Virus record (IMG/VR): IMGVR_UViG_3300032257_000548
Coordinates: 1-31,380 of that record
Length of the DNA: 31,380 nucleotides
Source: a virus
Taxonomy: Duplodnaviria; Caudoviricetes
Strand: one strand, 5' to 3'
In this document: in pieces, positions 7,638-15,624 of the stretch
How positions within the stretch are numbered: position 1 is the first letter of the stretch
How the letters are laid out: each line of letters begins with the position of its first letter
The notes under the pieces: generated by a model
What the model saw: only the letters and a program-made list of their open reading frames with translations
The model's database searches: none
Told to the model about the DNA's origin: nothing
Made by a program: the position numbers and the translations under genes

Positions 7638-7830
7638 ATGCGGCGGGCGCGGCTACTGCTACGCCACCAAGCCAGCCGGGACGGTGAAACAGCGATACCG
7701 GCGCTGCCGCATATGCGGCCACCGGTTCAGCACCTGGGAAGAAATCGAAAACCGCGAGTTGCGCGGATATGAAGCGAAGCCGAAGGATGCCGGGCTTTTT
7801 GGCAAGCCCTCGGGGCAGAAAGGACAGTAG
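7624..7830 (+). CDS. Zinc-ribbon transcription regulator (Ogr/Delta- or NrdR N-terminus-like)
   Basis: MQCPKCG...KQRYRRCRICGHRFSTWEEI; GAGGGGAG RBS upstream; 68 aa. Confidence 0.75.
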   Translation: MQCPKCGGRGYCYATKPAGTVKQRYRRCRICGHRFSTWEEIENRELRGYEAKPKDAGLFGKPSGQKGQ

Positions 7831-7832
7831 CC

Positions 7833-8480
7833 ATGCGCGTTTTAATCGGATGTGAAACCAGCGGCATGGTGCGCAATGCCTTTCTCGCGCGGGGGCATGA
7901 TGCATGGTCCTGTGACCTACTGCCCGCCGATGACCGATCCAACCGGCACATGGTCTGCGATATCCGCGATATTCTGGATTGGGGATGGGATCTGCTGGCG
8001 GTCATGCATCCGCCATGCACCCGGCTCTGCAATAGCGGTGTGCGCTGGCTGCATCGCCCGCCGAAGGGGCGCAGCCTGGCCGAGATGTGGGCCGATCTGG
8101 ATGCGGGCGCGGCGCTGTTCTCGGCCTGCTGGAACGCGCCGATCCCCCGCATCGCGGTCGAAAACCCGGTGATGCACAAACATGCGAAGGCCAGGATCAA
8201 GAATTTCGAGCCCGCCGCCCAGACAGTTCAGCCTTGGTGGTTCGGTGATCCCGCGTTCAAGGCGACAGGGCTCTATCTGCGCAACCTGCCACCCTTGATT
8301 GCCACCAATCGGCTGGAGCCGCCAAAGGCGGGCACCGGTGCCCACAAGAAATGGTCGATGATCCATCGTGCAAGCCCCGGCCCGGACAGGTGGAAATTGC
8401 GCTCGGCCACGTTTCCCGGATTGGCGCAGGCAATGGCCAATCAGTGGGGTGCATATATGAATGAGGAGATTGCAGCATGA
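7833..8480 (+). CDS. Phage DNA cytosine methyltransferase-like protein
   Basis: N-terminal SAM-binding-like VLIGCETSG, catalytic HPPCT and VENP motif; compact 215 aa. Confidence 0.75.
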   Translation: MRVLIGCETSGMVRNAFLARGHDAWSCDLLPADDRSNRHMVCDIRDILDWGWDLLAVMHPPCTRLCNSGVRWLHRPPKGRSLAEMWADLDAGAALFSACWNAPIPRIAVENPVMHKHAKARIKNFEPAAQTVQPWWFGDPAFKATGLYLRNLPPLIATNRLEPPKAGTGAHKKWSMIHRASPGPDRWKLRSATFPGLAQAMANQWGAYMNEEIAA

Positions 8481-8671
8481 GCAAATGTCTTTGCCCAAAG
8501 GCCGTGCGCGTCGCCGAATTGCTGGCACCGCTGGCCACCGGGCGTTTGCCTCAGGAGGTGCTGCATCTGGACGGCGAAACAACTGCTATCGTGGTCGAAA
8601 TCTGCGGCACCGATTACGTTCTGAGCATGTCGGAGTTGCCCCGCCAACGGCCCCGGCCCGCAACAAATTGA
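8477..8671 (+). CDS. Hypothetical protein
   Basis: 64 aa, GAGGAG RBS, ATGA overlap. Confidence 0.6.
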   Translation: MSKCLCPKAVRVAELLAPLATGRLPQEVLHLDGETTAIVVEICGTDYVLSMSELPRQRPRPATN

Positions 8672-8690
8672 CCGATGAGGAGGCGCGCTG

Positions 8691-8891
8691 ATGTCGCAAC
8701 CATACGCAACCGAAATTTCCAATCCGCACCGCGACGACTACTGGAGCTGTCCCGGTTGCTATCATGATCTCGGCGATGTTGGGCAGGGCGAGCACGAGTG
8801 CCCGTCCTGCAATCGTATGGTCACCTGCACGATTGAGTTTGAACCGGCTTGCCATAGCGAGTTGTCGACTGCCGCTGAGGATGAAGAATGA
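8691..8891 (+). CDS. Small Cys-rich zinc-binding protein
   Basis: CPGC...CPSC; GAGGAGG RBS; ATGA overlap with the MuF gene. Confidence 0.65.
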   Translation: MSQPYATEISNPHRDDYWSCPGCYHDLGDVGQGEHECPSCNRMVTCTIEFEPACHSELSTAAEDEE

Positions 8892-10300
8892 CCATCGCCG
8901 AGCAAGCCCTCACACGCGCCCTGAGCCGCCGCCTGGCGCGGTCTGTGGTGATCAAGGACGCCGATGCGTTTCAGGCGCTTTTCGGCCAGCTCCAGACGGC
9001 GCTCACGAACGCCTGGGATGAGGCCATGCGCGAGGGCATCAGCGCTGCGCTCGACCGCCTGCGCGACCTTGGCCCCGGTGCCTTCACCCAAGAGGACGGC
9101 GCGGCGATCCTGCGCGTCCTGGAGGGATCGGTGGGGGCCGAGGCCCTGCGGGCCGCCATGCGGGAACCGGTCATCAACCTGACCGATGCGCTTTATCGCG
9201 TGGGGGCCGAGGAGGTCGGGCAGGCCACCGGCGTGGCCATCGCCTTTCAGCGTCCCGATCTCGATGCGCTGGACGTCTTGAAAACCGGCAACCTCTTTTG
9301 GATCGGCGACAGTTGGAACATCCGCCACCAGCGCGTTTTCGCGGAAGCGCTGGAGGCGTATTTCACCGAAGGGTTGAGCCGTCAGGATTTGGCCGAGAGG
9401 TTCGCGCGGGACTTTGCCGGGCTGACCGAACGCAGCCGCGCCTATTGGCTCAACATGGCCGATCACACCGCCAGCCGCACCCGCGAGATCGGGCGCGTGA
9501 CCGGGTATGAGCGCGCCGGTATTGCCCGCGTTCAGGTGCGCGCGCAGCTCGATGAGCGCACCACGCGCATCTGTCGGCAGATGCATGGCCGTGTGATCAA
9601 GGTCAGCGCATTGCGCGCCCAGGCCGATGCCTGGTTGGAGGCGACCAGCCGCCGGGATCAGCCTGCCGCCTATGCCGCCTGGACGATGCATGGGAGCGAA
9701 ACTGATTTCAGCACCACGCGCAGCTCGGAGCTGCCCGGTGGCACGGCAGGCCCGCAATACCATTTCCGGTGTCGCACGATCACGGTGGCCTATTTCGGTG
9801 CGCCGGACGGGGTGGCGGGCATCCGGCAACGTGTGACAGACCGTGACCCCATCGGGGCCGAGGATCGTGCGGCCCTCGTGGCGCAGGCGCAGGGCGCGGG
9901 TTTTCTGGGCGAACGGCAGGCGCGGGCAAAATTCCAGCGCCACCGCGCCAATATCCCGACAAGGCGGCTGGTCCAATACGAGGCAGATGCCCGCGCGCTG
10001 ATTTCCGATCCAGAGGCCGCGTTGCTCTTGTCCACCCGCGTTCCGGGCCGCAATCGGGCGGATCGGCCCGGCGAGGCGGCGCTGCATGCCGTCTTTGCCC
10101 GCCCGACCAACCGGCGCAGCGACGGCACACCCGGCCAGCTGGTCACCATCGTGGATCTGGAGGATGGCGAAAACGGGCGCATCATTTCGCATCATTGGCG
10201 TCCGCGACTGACCAGTGATAACGACCTTTCACCGGCGATGACGGTGACGAAATCAAAAGGAGTGCTGCAATGGCTTACCGCCTTTCTGCGCAGGGCGTGA
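8888..10300 (+). CDS. MuF (SPP1 gp7-like) minor head protein with C-terminal putative toxin domain
   Basis: MuF motifs AQLDERTTRICRQMHGRVI and GPQYHFRCRTITV, followed by about 165 extra residues containing KFQRH...QYEADARALI...GRIISHH. Confidence 0.85.
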   Translation: MTIAEQALTRALSRRLARSVVIKDADAFQALFGQLQTALTNAWDEAMREGISAALDRLRDLGPGAFTQEDGAAILRVLEGSVGAEALRAAMREPVINLTDALYRVGAEEVGQATGVAIAFQRPDLDALDVLKTGNLFWIGDSWNIRHQRVFAEALEAYFTEGLSRQDLAERFARDFAGLTERSRAYWLNMADHTASRTREIGRVTGYERAGIARVQVRAQLDERTTRICRQMHGRVIKVSALRAQADAWLEATSRRDQPAAYAAWTMHGSETDFSTTRSSELPGGTAGPQYHFRCRTITVAYFGAPDGVAGIRQRVTDRDPIGAEDRAALVAQAQGAGFLGERQARAKFQRHRANIPTRRLVQYEADARALISDPEAALLLSTRVPGRNRADRPGEAALHAVFARPTNRRSDGTPGQLVTIVDLEDGENGRIISHHWRPRLTSDNDLSPAMTVTKSKGVLQWLTAFLRRA

Positions 10301-10638
10301 TCGACAAGGGCCTTTCGATCATCGAGGTGGAGCTGGCCTTTTATGACGCGCTGGAAGATGACGATTTCCAGTGGGATCGCGACCACCTGTTGCACAACCG
10401 TTCCGCCTATGAGCTGGTGCGCGAGCAGCTGAACGATGCGCAAGCCGCCGAGCTGGATCAGGTCGATGCCTATTGGCGGGCGAACCCCGAGGCCTTCAAC
10501 CGCGCCTTTGGCGTCGAGCATCACCAGCACCGGCGCAAGGCCGCGCTGGAGGGCTTTGTGACGGATGAAAACGGCGATGTGCCGCAGATCCCGCGCGGGC
10601 ATTGGTGGTGGCGTCCGATTGAGGTTGTGGCAGAGTGA
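10270..10638 (+). CDS. Putative immunity protein of the MuF toxin
   Basis: 122 aa, acidic, C-terminal PRGHWWW. AAAGGAG RBS; overlaps the last 31 nt of the MuF gene. Confidence 0.6.
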   Translation: MAYRLSAQGVIDKGLSIIEVELAFYDALEDDDFQWDRDHLLHNRSAYELVREQLNDAQAAELDQVDAYWRANPEAFNRAFGVEHHQHRRKAALEGFVTDENGDVPQIPRGHWWWRPIEVVAE

Positions 10639-10666
10639 AGACGTTAATTGGTAAAGGAGAGCAAAT

Positions 10667-11293
10667 ATGCGTTTGATTGTTCAAGGGGTCGCGTTGGCCC
10701 TGTTCGCGGTCACACCGGCTTGGGCGTGGTTCCATTCGGCAAGCGCCGTGCGGGAGGCCATTCAAAACCAGGTCTACGACATCAACCTCGCAGATTATTC
10801 GGATGGTAGCGTCGATGAGCGCGCCGAATTGATCAGCATCTTTATTGCGGCGGAAGGCGCGGCGGTGGAAGATCAGCGATATTTTGTGAACTGTATGGGC
10901 GACTTTGCGGTGACCAAGAACCCTGACCTGCCATTCGAGACAGTCTTTGGCTGGTGCGCATTCGAGGCGCAGAATGACCGCGAGGAGTTTGAGGCCCATT
11001 TCAATGAACTGGACACCCGCGACTTGTCGGCCGAGGCGGCGGTTCTTTGCGAGCGATACGTGGAGACCCAGCTGCGCTCGCCCAGCACGGCAGATTTCCC
11101 GTGGCTGTTGAATACCTTGGATCGAGGGCGTTGGAGGTATGTCGTCAACTCATACGTGGATGCCGAAAACGGCTTCGGTGCCACGGTGCGCACGAATTTC
11201 ACCTGTGATCTGCAATATAGCGGCCCCGCCGAAAGCGGCGCTTACCTTGATTTCCGCAATTGGGAGATGCTCGATTTCCAGATCGGGCTCTGA
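10667..11293 (+). CDS. Exported/periplasmic protein (moron-like)
   Basis: AAAGGAG RBS and signal peptide (MRLIVQGVALALFAVTPAWA). C-terminal domain CERYVETQLRSPSTADFP...YVDAENGFGATVRTNFTC. Confidence 0.8.
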   Translation: MRLIVQGVALALFAVTPAWAWFHSASAVREAIQNQVYDINLADYSDGSVDERAELISIFIAAEGAAVEDQRYFVNCMGDFAVTKNPDLPFETVFGWCAFEAQNDREEFEAHFNELDTRDLSAEAAVLCERYVETQLRSPSTADFPWLLNTLDRGRWRYVVNSYVDAENGFGATVRTNFTCDLQYSGPAESGAYLDFRNWEMLDFQIGL

Positions 11294-11332
11294 TCGCCCG
11301 CAAATACACCTGAATCTCTTTGCGAGAAAATC

Positions 11333-11369
11333 TTGAGGGCGATCCGCGTCTAGGCCGGATCGCCCTCAA
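11333..11369 (-). terminator. Probable intrinsic terminator between convergent operons
   Basis: Perfect 14-bp IR TTGAGGGCGATCCG (11333-11346) / CGGATCGCCCTCAA (11356-11369). On the minus strand it is followed by GATTTTCT. Confidence 0.65.
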
Positions 11370-11649
11370 TCCGTTCTGGAAGCATCCAGAAAGCCCCCTC
11401 ATCGAGGATGCAGGCCTGCCCGTTGGGCAGCACCATAACCGAGGTCCATTCATTCTCGGATGCCCATAATTCAAGGATTGCCACACCGCCATAGATCAGG
11501 CCGCGAAAGATCGGTCTTTGCCCGTCATAGGCGCGCAGGCTTTCGTCGATTTCGGTGACCGCCGGGCAGGATTGCGCCGGGGCTGGCGTGGTCCATCCGG
11601 TCAGCAATGCGGCCAGGAGGATGCGAGATGTTATGCCAACGCCTTTCAT
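11350..11649 (-). CDS. Small exported protein
   Basis: Signal peptide ending PAPA-QSC. ILELWAS..WTSVMVLPNGQACI resembles a small two-Cys alphaproteobacterial family. Confidence 0.75.
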   Translation of the reverse strand: MKGVGITSRILLAALLTGWTTPAPAQSCPAVTEIDESLRAYDGQRPIFRGLIYGGVAILELWASENEWTSVMVLPNGQACILDEGAFWMLPERIEGDPA

Positions 11650-11849
11650 TTGTCGGCCTTTCCGTCGAGCTTGCCCTCGATGCGCTCCAGTTTCTGATCT
11701 ATTTTGTCCAGGCTTTTGCTCAGATCGGCGCGCAGGTCTTTCTGACGTGCCTCGATCAGGGTCACACGGCCCTTGAGGTGGAAAAACTGACCAACGCCCG
11801 CAATCAGCATTGCCGCCCAGGCGATGAGGTCTTTGAAGTCAACTGGCAT
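11646..11849 (-). CDS. Small membrane protein (TM + coiled coil), lysis-cassette associated
   Basis: LIAWAAMLIAGVG followed by heptads LDKIDQKLERIEGKLDGK; ATGA overlap. Confidence 0.7.
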   Translation of the reverse strand: MPVDFKDLIAWAAMLIAGVGQFFHLKGRVTLIEARQKDLRADLSKSLDKIDQKLERIEGKLDGKADK

Positions 11850-12282
11850 TGGTTGCCCCCCTAGTTACTCGGCGGACGTGCCACCACACGGCCCCGATAC
11901 GCACCGCGCCATAAAGCGCAACACGCCAGACCGGTGGCATGCCCAGAACGTCCAGTGCCTCATGAAACACCCTGTCGCTGAAGGCGCGTGGATAGCGCCC
12001 GGTGGTTAGCATCCAGTCATGCAGCGCCGCCGCCTGCATGTAGTTTGGATGTGCCATCGGCACGATTGCCCGGAAGGGCAAGGGCACGGATGCGCCGTCA
12101 AAAACATAGCCGCCCGGAACGGTGACGATTTCCGATGGGTTGTCGAGACTGCCGACGGCGTAGTCAAAGCCCGACCGCACCCGCCAGCGCGGGCGCTGAA
12201 ACCCCGGCGGCAGCAGCCGTGCCGCGCCCCTTGCGGGGGCTGGCAGGGCGGTGACGGTAAGTGGCGCGGTGAAGCTCGACAT
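11839..12282 (-). CDS. DUF1353 family protein
   Basis: VTVPGGYVFDGASVP...AAALHDW...DRVFHEAL...LYGAVRIG signature. Confidence 0.85.
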   Translation of the reverse strand: MSSFTAPLTVTALPAPARGAARLLPPGFQRPRWRVRSGFDYAVGSLDNPSEIVTVPGGYVFDGASVPLPFRAIVPMAHPNYMQAAALHDWMLTTGRYPRAFSDRVFHEALDVLGMPPVWRVALYGAVRIGAVWWHVRRVTRGATNAS

Positions 12283-12293
12283 TGACGACCCTC

Positions 12294-12521
12294 CTAAGGG
12301 ATCAGTTGCGTGTAATCAGGACAGGCGGCGGCGAAGTCGGCATAGCTTTCGCCGATCTCCAGCTGGGTCTGTTCGGTGTCAGACCTTGACCGGGTTGCCA
12401 GGCTTTCGCCCCAAACCCGGCAGAGCGTGGTTTCAGTCGCGGTAACCGGCACCCTTAAAGGGGCGCAGGCGCTCAGGATCAGCGCGGCTATCACCAACGC
12501 GATCACGGATTTCGTTGGCAT
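12294..12521 (-). CDS. Outer-membrane lipoprotein spanin (Rz1-like)
   Basis: Lipobox LSAC after a hydrophobic leader. Overlaps the 3' end of the i-spanin in another frame. Confidence 0.75.
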   Translation of the reverse strand: MPTKSVIALVIAALILSACAPLRVPVTATETTLCRVWGESLATRSRSDTEQTQLEIGESYADFAAACPDYTQLIP

Positions 12522-12654
12522 TTTTCAGATCCTCCATTTCGGTTTCCTGGGCGAGGTCTTGCCGGGCGTCACGGCGCGCCCAGGCAAGAAGGACGGCGAA
12601 GACCGCCGCCACCGCGCCGAAAATGGCGGCGCGGGTGGGTATGAAGCGCATCAT
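12433..12654 (-). CDS. Inner-membrane spanin (Rz-like)
   Basis: MMRFIPTRAAIFGAVAAVFAVLLAWARR: N-terminal TM plus short helical domain. ATGA overlap with the holin stop. Confidence 0.7.
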   Translation of the reverse strand: MMRFIPTRAAIFGAVAAVFAVLLAWARRDARQDLAQETEMEDLKNANEIRDRVGDSRADPERLRPFKGAGYRD

Positions 12655-12860
12655 GCCAGCGCCCCCCGGATGCCGATCCCCAGGAGCCCGCCGTTGATCA
12701 GCATTGCCGGCGGCACGTCGCCCGAGAAGTTGCGCAAGGTCTGCCCAATCTCGACCCAGCCATGCAGCGGCTCGGTTGCCAGGATGAGCCCCGCCAGAAG
12801 CGGGACCACCGAGGACCACCAGCTCAGGCTGGTGAGCTTGACATATTTGCCCGCCATCAC
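12651..12860 (-). CDS. Putative holin
   Basis: 69 aa with two hydrophobic segments, directly after the endolysin. Confidence 0.6.
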   Translation of the reverse strand: MMAGKYVKLTSLSWWSSVVPLLAGLILATEPLHGWVEIGQTLRNFSGDVPPAMLINGGLLGIGIRGALA

Positions 12861-13420
12861 TCGGCCCCCACGATGTGGACCAGCAGGAAGTGCTGGAGGT
12901 AGAGGATACGGTTGGACCAGCCGCGCATATAGGTCGATGCGTTGGGGGTGAAGGCATAGCGGCGCAGACGCCAGCCGAGGAACTGCACAAGCGCCTCATG
13001 CGGATCGGCGCGTTCGGCGGCGGCAATCGTCTTGGGGCCGATTTTGCCATCTGCCGTCACACCAAGAGCGCGCTGCATGAGCTTCGGCGCGATACCCTGG
13101 CCCTGGTTCACGGCGCAGTCGAACAGTGCCACGCCCAACATCGGCGGGAGCTTGTCGCATCCGACGCCATCCCAGTAGTCGCGCCGATAGATCGCAATCG
13201 CGCCTTCGCGGGTCAGATTGGCCATATTGACCTTGGGATAGCTGCGTTTGGAGATCCCGAAATTGGTTTCGCCGCCAGGGTCGCGGGGATCATTCACATA
13301 ACCGCCCTCGATCTTTTCCTTCAGGACAAAGCCCACTGCCGCGTCAAATACGGCGTCGGCCTCTGGCGTTTCGGGCGTCGCGCCTGCGGCGGCTTTCCGG
13401 GCTGCGGTCTGTTTTGCCAT
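12857..13420 (-). CDS. Endolysin, glycoside hydrolase family 108 with peptidoglycan-binding region
   Basis: IEGGYVNDPRDPGGETNFGIS, FDCAVNQG, QRALGVTADGKIGPKT, RGWSNR; GAAAGGA RBS before ATG 13420. Confidence 0.93.
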   Translation of the reverse strand: MAKQTAARKAAAGATPETPEADAVFDAAVGFVLKEKIEGGYVNDPRDPGGETNFGISKRSYPKVNMANLTREGAIAIYRRDYWDGVGCDKLPPMLGVALFDCAVNQGQGIAPKLMQRALGVTADGKIGPKTIAAAERADPHEALVQFLGWRLRRYAFTPNASTYMRGWSNRILYLQHFLLVHIVGAE

Positions 13421-13461
13421 GATGTTTCCTTTCACTGGCGTGTTCAAAGCATTGGGCACCG

Positions 13462-13878
13462 CTACCGGCGGCGCACGTTCAGCCCACGGGCGCGGAGCGC
13501 GTCCGTCAGCTCATCGGCCACGTCCTGGCCAATTTCGGGTGCGAGGAAATCAAGTCCCTCGCTCTCAAGGGTTTCGACGGCGCGCATGAGCCAGGGATCG
13601 CCGTGCCGCGCAGGTTGCGTGACCGAACGCACCGGATGGCGGGCACCTGCCCAATGCAGCGCCTTTTTTGATTTCGGCCGGATGGTGATGGCGGGGCGGC
13701 CATCATGGACGGCCCGCGCATAGGACGTGTTGACGCTCAGCACCGCGTCCGTTACGCCCGAGGGTTGCACTACATGGGATGCGCGCAATTCGCCCGTGGC
13801 GAATGGCACATTGCCTTGGCGGGTGGCGATGTCGCGCAGCCTTTCGGCTATCTGGAGGGCGATGCGCTGCCAGTTCAT
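13462..13878 (-). CDS. Virion morphogenesis protein (HK97 gp10 / Mu G-like)
   Basis: VPFATGELRAS...NTSYARAVHDG...IRPKSKKALHW...PWLMRA. Confidence 0.7.
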   Translation of the reverse strand: MNWQRIALQIAERLRDIATRQGNVPFATGELRASHVVQPSGVTDAVLSVNTSYARAVHDGRPAITIRPKSKKALHWAGARHPVRSVTQPARHGDPWLMRAVETLESEGLDFLAPEIGQDVADELTDALRARGLNVRRR

Positions 13879-15611
13879 GACAGCACCTCAACGCCCAGAC
13901 CGCCCGCGCCGCCGCCCGGTTTTGCGCGGCCATCGGCGGCAAGGGCCACGGCCCAAAAGAGATCGCCGTGCCCGTCATCGCTGCGCTCGGCGTCATATTT
14001 GATGGTCTGCCCGGTGGTGAGCTTCTGGATCGAATGGAGCTGCGCCAGCACATCTGGGTCATTGGGCAGGAGAAGGCGCTTTTCCTCGACCAGTTTGAGC
14101 AAGTTCAGCGCCAGTTTCGCCTTGCGCTGGGCCGAGAACCACACGCCCTCGAACCGTTCCGGGCTGGCGGTTTGAAGCTCCTCGGCCAGCTGCATGCCGA
14201 GGCCCGTCTTGTCGACTTTCCAGCCCTCGACATCGAACCGGCCATCAACCTCATGGATGGTGGCCTTCTGGGCGTCGAATTTCATGCCCTTGTGCATCTC
14301 GTGATGGATCAGCGCGTAGCGGTCCTTCCACTTGGCGCGCTCATGTTCCTGGCCCACCAGGGCAATGGCGGTGCGGTCATTGATCCGGCCCACATCGACA
14401 CCGCCCCGAAGCCGTCCGTAATTGGCCGCGATGATGCGTTCAGTGGTAAGCGAATGCAGCAGTTCCCAGCTAAGAAGCGCCGAGCCGTTTTCAGCCCACT
14501 GGCATTCGTAGAACATCGCCCAGCTTTCGCTGTCGAACAGCAGGCGCAGCTCATCGAGGCCGCCGGGCAGCGGCATGCCTTGGGCAATCGCATCCTCGAT
14601 GGTGATGGTCTTGCGCCACCAATGGCCATGCTTGTTCTTGTGATTGGTGGCGATTTCCCAAAAGAGCGATCCGGGCAGGAACGGGGTGGAGAAGACCGTG
14701 ACCCGGCCCCCGATGGCGGTGATCGACGGAATGACGGCTGCCCAGAGCATGCGCTGATTGCGGACCCAGGCAAATTCATCGAGCCACACATCGCCCGGCC
14801 AGCCTTGGGCGGTGCGAAAGTTGGTCGAGACGGCCACGATATCCGAGCCCATGACCACGATCTTGTTGGATTTGTCCTCCTCAAGAAGGACGCCCAGCCG
14901 TTCAGCGTGGTGGCGCACGTAGCCCAGGATGATCTGCGCCTGGCGCTCGGACGCTGACACCACGATCTGCGGTCGGCCTGCCATTGCGCCCAGAAGCACC
15001 GCCAGCCCTACGACATAGGAGAACCCGATCTGGCGGGCCTTGAGGATGAGCCGGAAGCGATGCTCGCTTTCCAGAAACTCCACCTGATAGCCGTAGAGCC
15101 CATATTCCGGGTCCAGAACGCGGGCCAGCGCATCGCTTGAGACGGCATTTGCCACAATCGGCCGCGGCTTGGGTTTGGGTGCGGCTTTCTTCATGCGCTC
15201 CAGTGACTTGGTGAGCATGGCCAGCCGCTGCGCCTGTGCGGTGGTTGGGTTTTTCACGCGCGAAAGGCGGTGGATTTGCTCCTCAAGGCCAGTGGTGGTT
15301 TCGCGCCGCCTGCGCAGCTCACCCATCCAGTCGCCGCCAGCAATCCAGTGACGAATGGTGCGCGCCGAACAACCGATCCGGGCGGCGATCTCTGTGGAGC
15401 TGTCACCGGCCAGGAATTCGAGATAGGCCTGTTCTTTTTGCGCCTCGGTGTAGATCGAGGGGCGGCCCGGCCCACGCTTGGGGCCGGAGAGAGTTTGAGC
15501 CGCCCCAGAACCTGTCAAATCAGAAATTTCGGACCCACCGCGCCGAGCAGGCCCTCTGCGGCCCTCAGTGGGCGTTTTTTGGGGGTGTGAGGATTTGCGC
15601 CGCTCAGACAT
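13875..15611 (-). CDS. Terminase large subunit with N-terminal HTH (P2 gpP-like)
   Basis: HTH (STEIAARIGCSARTIRHW), Walker A ILKARQIGFS, Walker B VWLDEFAW, STP. Nuclease motifs GGVDVGRINDRT, VDKTGLG and HGDLFWAVALA. Start set at MSERR. Confidence 0.92.
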   Translation of the reverse strand: MSERRKSSHPQKTPTEGRRGPARRGGSEISDLTGSGAAQTLSGPKRGPGRPSIYTEAQKEQAYLEFLAGDSSTEIAARIGCSARTIRHWIAGGDWMGELRRRRETTTGLEEQIHRLSRVKNPTTAQAQRLAMLTKSLERMKKAAPKPKPRPIVANAVSSDALARVLDPEYGLYGYQVEFLESEHRFRLILKARQIGFSYVVGLAVLLGAMAGRPQIVVSASERQAQIILGYVRHHAERLGVLLEEDKSNKIVVMGSDIVAVSTNFRTAQGWPGDVWLDEFAWVRNQRMLWAAVIPSITAIGGRVTVFSTPFLPGSLFWEIATNHKNKHGHWWRKTITIEDAIAQGMPLPGGLDELRLLFDSESWAMFYECQWAENGSALLSWELLHSLTTERIIAANYGRLRGGVDVGRINDRTAIALVGQEHERAKWKDRYALIHHEMHKGMKFDAQKATIHEVDGRFDVEGWKVDKTGLGMQLAEELQTASPERFEGVWFSAQRKAKLALNLLKLVEEKRLLLPNDPDVLAQLHSIQKLTTGQTIKYDAERSDDGHGDLFWAVALAADGRAKPGGGAGGLGVEVLS

Positions 15612-15624
15612 CTTTGAACAACCC

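Noticed and set aside
8762-10195. 477-aa minus-strand ORF, and similar long antisense ORFs (17751-18998, 24058-25575, 27192-28451, 13968-14957, 15236-16611)
   Set aside because: Shadow frames of well-supported genes in high-GC DNA, with no motifs or coupling.
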